Shown: positions 59,505-64,000 of the stretch, in pieces
How the letters are laid out: each line of letters starts with the position of its first letter
How positions within the stretch are numbered: position 1 is the stretch's first letter
Assembly (NCBI GenBank): GCA_002269645.1
Contig: NIVC01000571.1
Coordinates: 124,001-188,000, forward strand
Origin: Macrostomum lignano
Taxonomy: Eukaryota
Direction: 5' to 3'
DNA length: 64,000 bases
Translations under genes and position numbers: made by a program
Notes under the pieces: generated by a model
Told to the model about the DNA's origin: nothing
What the model saw: only the letters and a program-made list of their open reading frames with translations
Database searches by the model: none

Positions 59505-61660
59505 CTAAGGGGCAAAGCAGGAGTTAACTGTGACCATGGAGAAAATTTATTAATGCTAAATTATTAAAGTAATACAAAGCCAACAGTTTGCATATATCGC
59601 CTATTTTTTAAAAATGCTATATTTAAAAGCAATACAGGTACAAAATGTATTTATATATCTATAGTAAATGAAATACAATACACAAAATTTAATCTCTAGC
59701 CACTATTCAGCCAAAACTAGCCAAATCAGCTTGTGGCTTATGCCTTTAATTTAGCTAGCAAAAGTACACTTTGAGAATTAGAAATGCATAGGGGGCTATA
59801 TTTCTGAATTAAAAATTATCTGGCTAAAAGTTTTTGCACTTTTTATATATTAATATTAGGTATGTGGGAGGCCTCTTTCTATTATTTATTTGTATGCAAA
59901 AATCTAACTTTCTGTGCTATTTCAAAGTCTGCATGTTACTAAGAAAAACAATTTGTTTTAATACTCATATTTCTCAAAATATTTTTGCAATTTATTTTTT
60001 GTTATAAATGACCTGAAATTTTAGTATAAATAAGCACAAATTCAGCGAAGGAAAGACCAACTCATATTCACCACAGTTCCTAAGAGAAGAGTTAACAGTG
60101 ACTAAGAAAGAAGAGTTCCGAGTAAATGTATTTGAAGACTGTTTTCAATGTTAATTCATTTTACTAAGAGAAGTGAAGTAGAAGGAAGCGCATACCATAT
60201 ATACTACTAAGAAGCAGAAGTGTTAAGTAGAAGAATACAAAGTAGATCCTAACAGTACATATAAAGTACTGGAGGCTGTGACCCTCTGATCCTAGTAAAT
60301 GCCCAAGACTAGAAATATATAAAGTACATATACCAGTCGACCATATATATTACTCAGACTAGAATAATATTAAATGCTACCAGAATAACAGTAAGAACAC
60401 TACCTATGAGAGTTAACTAATATTCAGAAGAATTCTCAGACAAATACTTAGACCTATGCTTAGATAAGTACTTAGACCTATACTAAGAACTTTTTTTCAG
60501 ACTTATTCTAGGAAAATAAATTCACAATAGAGTAGTCTTGGTGGCAGCAATGGAACATTTAAGAGACAGAAGGAAAGCCCTGTATAACTTTGGTGGCAGT
60601 TTATCAGATTTCATAATATACAAGAAACATGCCTGTCATAACTTGGTGGCTTAATGGTTGAAATTTTCAAGAAAGAACAATTAGCCCTATAACAGTTAGA
60701 ACAAAATATATCATTGTTTTTATTCAATTTTCTTCATTCCTATTTTTATGATTTTATTATTTTTATTTTCTTCATAATATTAGCTCTTGTTAGCTCTTGC
60801 AATATGTAGGTTTACTTGGAACTAAAATGAAAAACTAAAAAATAGATATCCAAAAAGCAATTGCTTGCCAAAAATTTGCAAGCGTAGCTACTTTTAAGCC
60901 ACAACTAAAATTTAATCATCTTTGGAAATCTTCTTTGAATCATTTTTATTAAATATGGTTATAGATTAAATATAGTTATAGGTAAAATGATTGAAAAAAT
61001 GAAAAGAAAAAATGTCAAAGCTATAAACTAGATATAGGAACATTTTCTAATTTTAGCTATAGCAGCTGCTGAATTGCTAAGTTTAAATTTGTAAAATAAA
61101 AAAATGATTTTTTTTAATTTCTTGTTTTTTTATTTTTATGTTTGATAATTATTAATAGGCTAAAAAGTTAATAGAGCATACAATATAAAACATAATACTA
61201 TATATTAACTAATATTACCCAGGTGCTAGAGTCTAGATCATGTCAGATAAGATGCCTTAAGATTTGTGCTATTTATATAGAGGCAATTTGAATAAATACA
61301 AGCTTATTAAGCAAAATGAAAAATTACTTTTAAAATAAAAATAAATAGCATATAAGAATAGCACAGATTTTTTTAAACATGAGAAGACTGATATTAAGCA
61401 GTGCTTAATATTTCAACTTTCTACTAGTCAAAGTAAATCTAATTCTATGGCTAAACTGATAATATCCATTCTAGCTAGATATAGTAAACATTGCTTACTA
61501 TGAGTATTCTCAGGACTCAATCAGCTTACGATCAGCGTAGATGGTCTCAGGTTTAGATTCTATATTTGAACTTACCTATGCATATAGAGCATATAGCTTG
61601 TATACTATAAGAACTATAACTAGTAAATATTAATAACTAGTAAATAAATAAAATATTTAC

Positions 61661-61703
61661 CTGGTATTCTTCTTACTGTTGTTGGTTCTCTTTCATTATC
61701 CAT
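61661..61703 (-). CDS. Candidate first coding exon of nova (MDNEREPTTVRRIP)
   Basis: ATG at 61703, 43 nt, CAG|GTAAAT donor in phase 1, matching the phase-1 acceptor at 59505. No homology support. Confidence 0.3.
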
Positions 61704-63192
61704 TGTGCAAAATGTGACAAAATAACTCCATACTAATAAAAACACATTTTAAGGTAATATTTTTTAAATTTATAAGAAAAATATTTTCTAAACACTATAA
61801 TATTAAGTCTATGAAGGAGCTGAGAGATCTGACTAGTTTCTAATTTATCAATAAAATAAAAAATATGCTAATGTAATGTGAATGAAACTTGAAAGCCCAG
61901 ACTGAAAAAAGTAAAGGAATAGGCTTTACTATCAAAGAATAGGATAGATTAAATCTGTTTAATGGAGAAAATTACGTTCTAAAGGCAAACAGAAAGACAA
62001 AAAATCCTACGCACAAGATTATGGTATAACTATAGAGCCAATCAATGGCGGGAGTCGGAGCAAGTGAGTAAACCCAGGCCGGAGAGCAGCTGATTCTTAT
62101 AAAACCGCAACTCGTAAATAAGGTGTAAATAGTATAACAAATGTAAGTGACACAATTAAGTTGTCTGCGGCAAAAAAATTGTTTTTTTCTAAGATCCTGT
62201 CTATTTGTCATTTGTATAATTAATAAGTTACTATTGTCTCTGATATATTCTGACATACGATATTTAATACAAATTTGTTAATCTCCTATTAATACCTATA
62301 TACTTATTTTTATCACCTACGGGATCAATTAAATCGCTATACATCAAGTTCATACAATGCTTGTTTTTTAATTCCCTACTTAAATACTTTTTGCTTCCTT
62401 AGTCGTTAAAGCTCGTTCGAAGTTTCGTAGAAAACTTTAGGCGCTCTTTCAAATGGGTATCGGTAATTCGGTTTACTAGTCATTTCGTCATCTGCCATTT
62501 TGTCATCTGGGGTGTCTGGGATGATCACCTCGACTAGGGTCAGTTTGTCATCTTAATTAGCATGCACTACCTTAAGAGAGTCATTTCGTCATCCACCAAT
62601 CATATTAGTTCTAACTTCCAAGTGAATTAATGTGGCAATTAAACATATTTACTAATTTTACTTGGAATCCTAATGATCCCAGTCATTTTGTCATCTCGAT
62701 TGATAAAACCTGTCGATCGATCGGTTCTGCTTGCCGCAGCTTATAGTTAATAAAAACAAAAAATAGCTTTACACTAACTCGCATCTCACACAGATTGATT
62801 GGTTGATGACGAAGTATCCAGCATAACTAAATATTTGGTCACTTCGTCATATAATTTTTAAGCTACTTTGTTTCTGGTCACTTCGTCATCTAATATGACG
62901 AAATGGAATATGACCAGTGACTAGTAAGAATCCAGTCCATTTCGGCGACAAACATTTCAGCAACAGGTCAATTTGATGACAGTTTTTAAATAGTATTTTG
63001 AATGTATTCTTATCTCATAGCAACAAAAAAATTCAGAACTTACACACATTTACAACATTTGTTAAAATGTTATTAAAATGAATTATAGTGTAAAACTTTA
63101 CATTAAACTTTACAAGCTTTGTTAAAACTATGTTAAAACAATTTTTAATGTAAAACTTAATCAATGCGTTGACAGTATAATAAAACCTAGAC

Positions 63193-63345
63193 CAGTGTTG
63201 GGCAAGTTACTCAAAAAAAGTAACTTGCGTTACTGTAACTTAAGTTACCAATTTTTAAAAGGTAACTTACGTTAGCCTAGTAACTTTAGACAAAAATCTG
63301 GTAACTTTTAAGTTACTGTCCGTTACTCACTTCCGTTACCCATGT
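63193..63345 (+). mobile_element. Probable left end of a hAT-type non-autonomous element
   Basis: CAGTGTTGGGCAAGTTACT followed by multiple GTAACT/AGTTAC subterminal motifs, a pattern typical of hAT MITEs; other end not in the window. Confidence 0.5.
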
Positions 63346-63770
63346 TATTAACAAAAATTTTCAGCTTTTTTTCACATTGCACATTTTTTCACATTGTTGT
63401 TACCGAAATTTGCCATTGGGCATTGGGATTAACCGATTAACAGACAGAGACAGGAATTGGCGACACGATGTGAGGCAAGTAGAAGGACCAATGGGCAATG
63501 GCAATCAATAATTAAAATTATAAATGATAAAATAAACGAATATCAATAATTCAATAGAGTAAAATAAATAGAACTGTATAAAATGGTGTAGTGTACTGCA
63601 GTGCCAGTGGAGGGACTTGTGGAGGCTACAGATGAATTTCTTTCTTTGGTTGTTTGTTTGAATCAAACTTGAAAAATTTTAGTAACGAAAATGAAAGGCG
63701 ACAATATTTTACCGAAATTAACAAAGTAAAACATGTTTCAAGTATTTCTTCATTAATTAAGCGCAATACC

Positions 63771-64000
63771 ATATGATACTATTCACTTAATTTTGAATTT
63801 AGGAATGATACTATTCACTATTCACTATTCACTAATGATACTATGGTGCTGTATATGATACTATTCACTTAATTTTGAATTTAGGAATGATACTATTCAC
63901 TATTCACTATTCACTAATGATACTATGGTGCTGTATATGATACTATTCACTTAATTTTGAATTTAGGAATGAAACTATTCACTATTCACTATTCACTAAT
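63771..64000. repeat. 82-bp AT-rich tandem repeat (about 2.8 copies, runs off the window)
   Basis: ATATGATACTATTCAC recurs at 63771, 63853 and 63935. Confidence 0.9.

Noticed and set aside
62470-62990. Cluster of GTCA(T/C)TTCGTCAT motifs as a MULE-like MITE
   Set aside because: Motifs are real but I could not define terminal inverted repeats or a TSD.

Overview
Eukaryotic (metazoan) genomic DNA. GC-rich exons with minisatellite-packed introns suggest a Macrostomum-like flatworm (inference, not verified). From left to right: (1) two head-to-tail non-autonomous Helitron-like elements carrying a 22-bp satellite and an 18-bp minisatellite; (2) an apparently complete 5,016-bp P-superfamily DNA transposon (17-bp TIRs, 8-bp TSD CATTGTAT, 4-exon THAP transposase of 862 aa); (3) a 2.08-kb TG..CA solo-LTR-like insertion with TSD AATT; (4) an intronless calmodulin-like gene and an orphan 534-aa ORF; (5) two tandem 8-exon paralogs encoding signal peptide, C-type-lectin-like domain, 4 sushi/CCP-like domains and a TM helix; (6) a 15-exon M1 aminopeptidase; (7) a 3-exon two-TM orphan gene; (8) a Nova/pasilla three-KH splicing-factor gene on the minus strand; (9) an AT-rich tail with a hAT-like end. 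The most striking window-wide pattern is that many introns are filled by their own unrelated tandem repeat, and several repeat units are copies of the adjacent splice junction, giving arrays of about 6-40 donor- or acceptor-like sites. In Nova, a GC-AG intron holds about 62 in-frame, stop-free, YCAY-containing acceptor-like units between KH1 and KH2. All gene models were assembled by hand from GT/AG sites and frame continuity; no transcript evidence was available.
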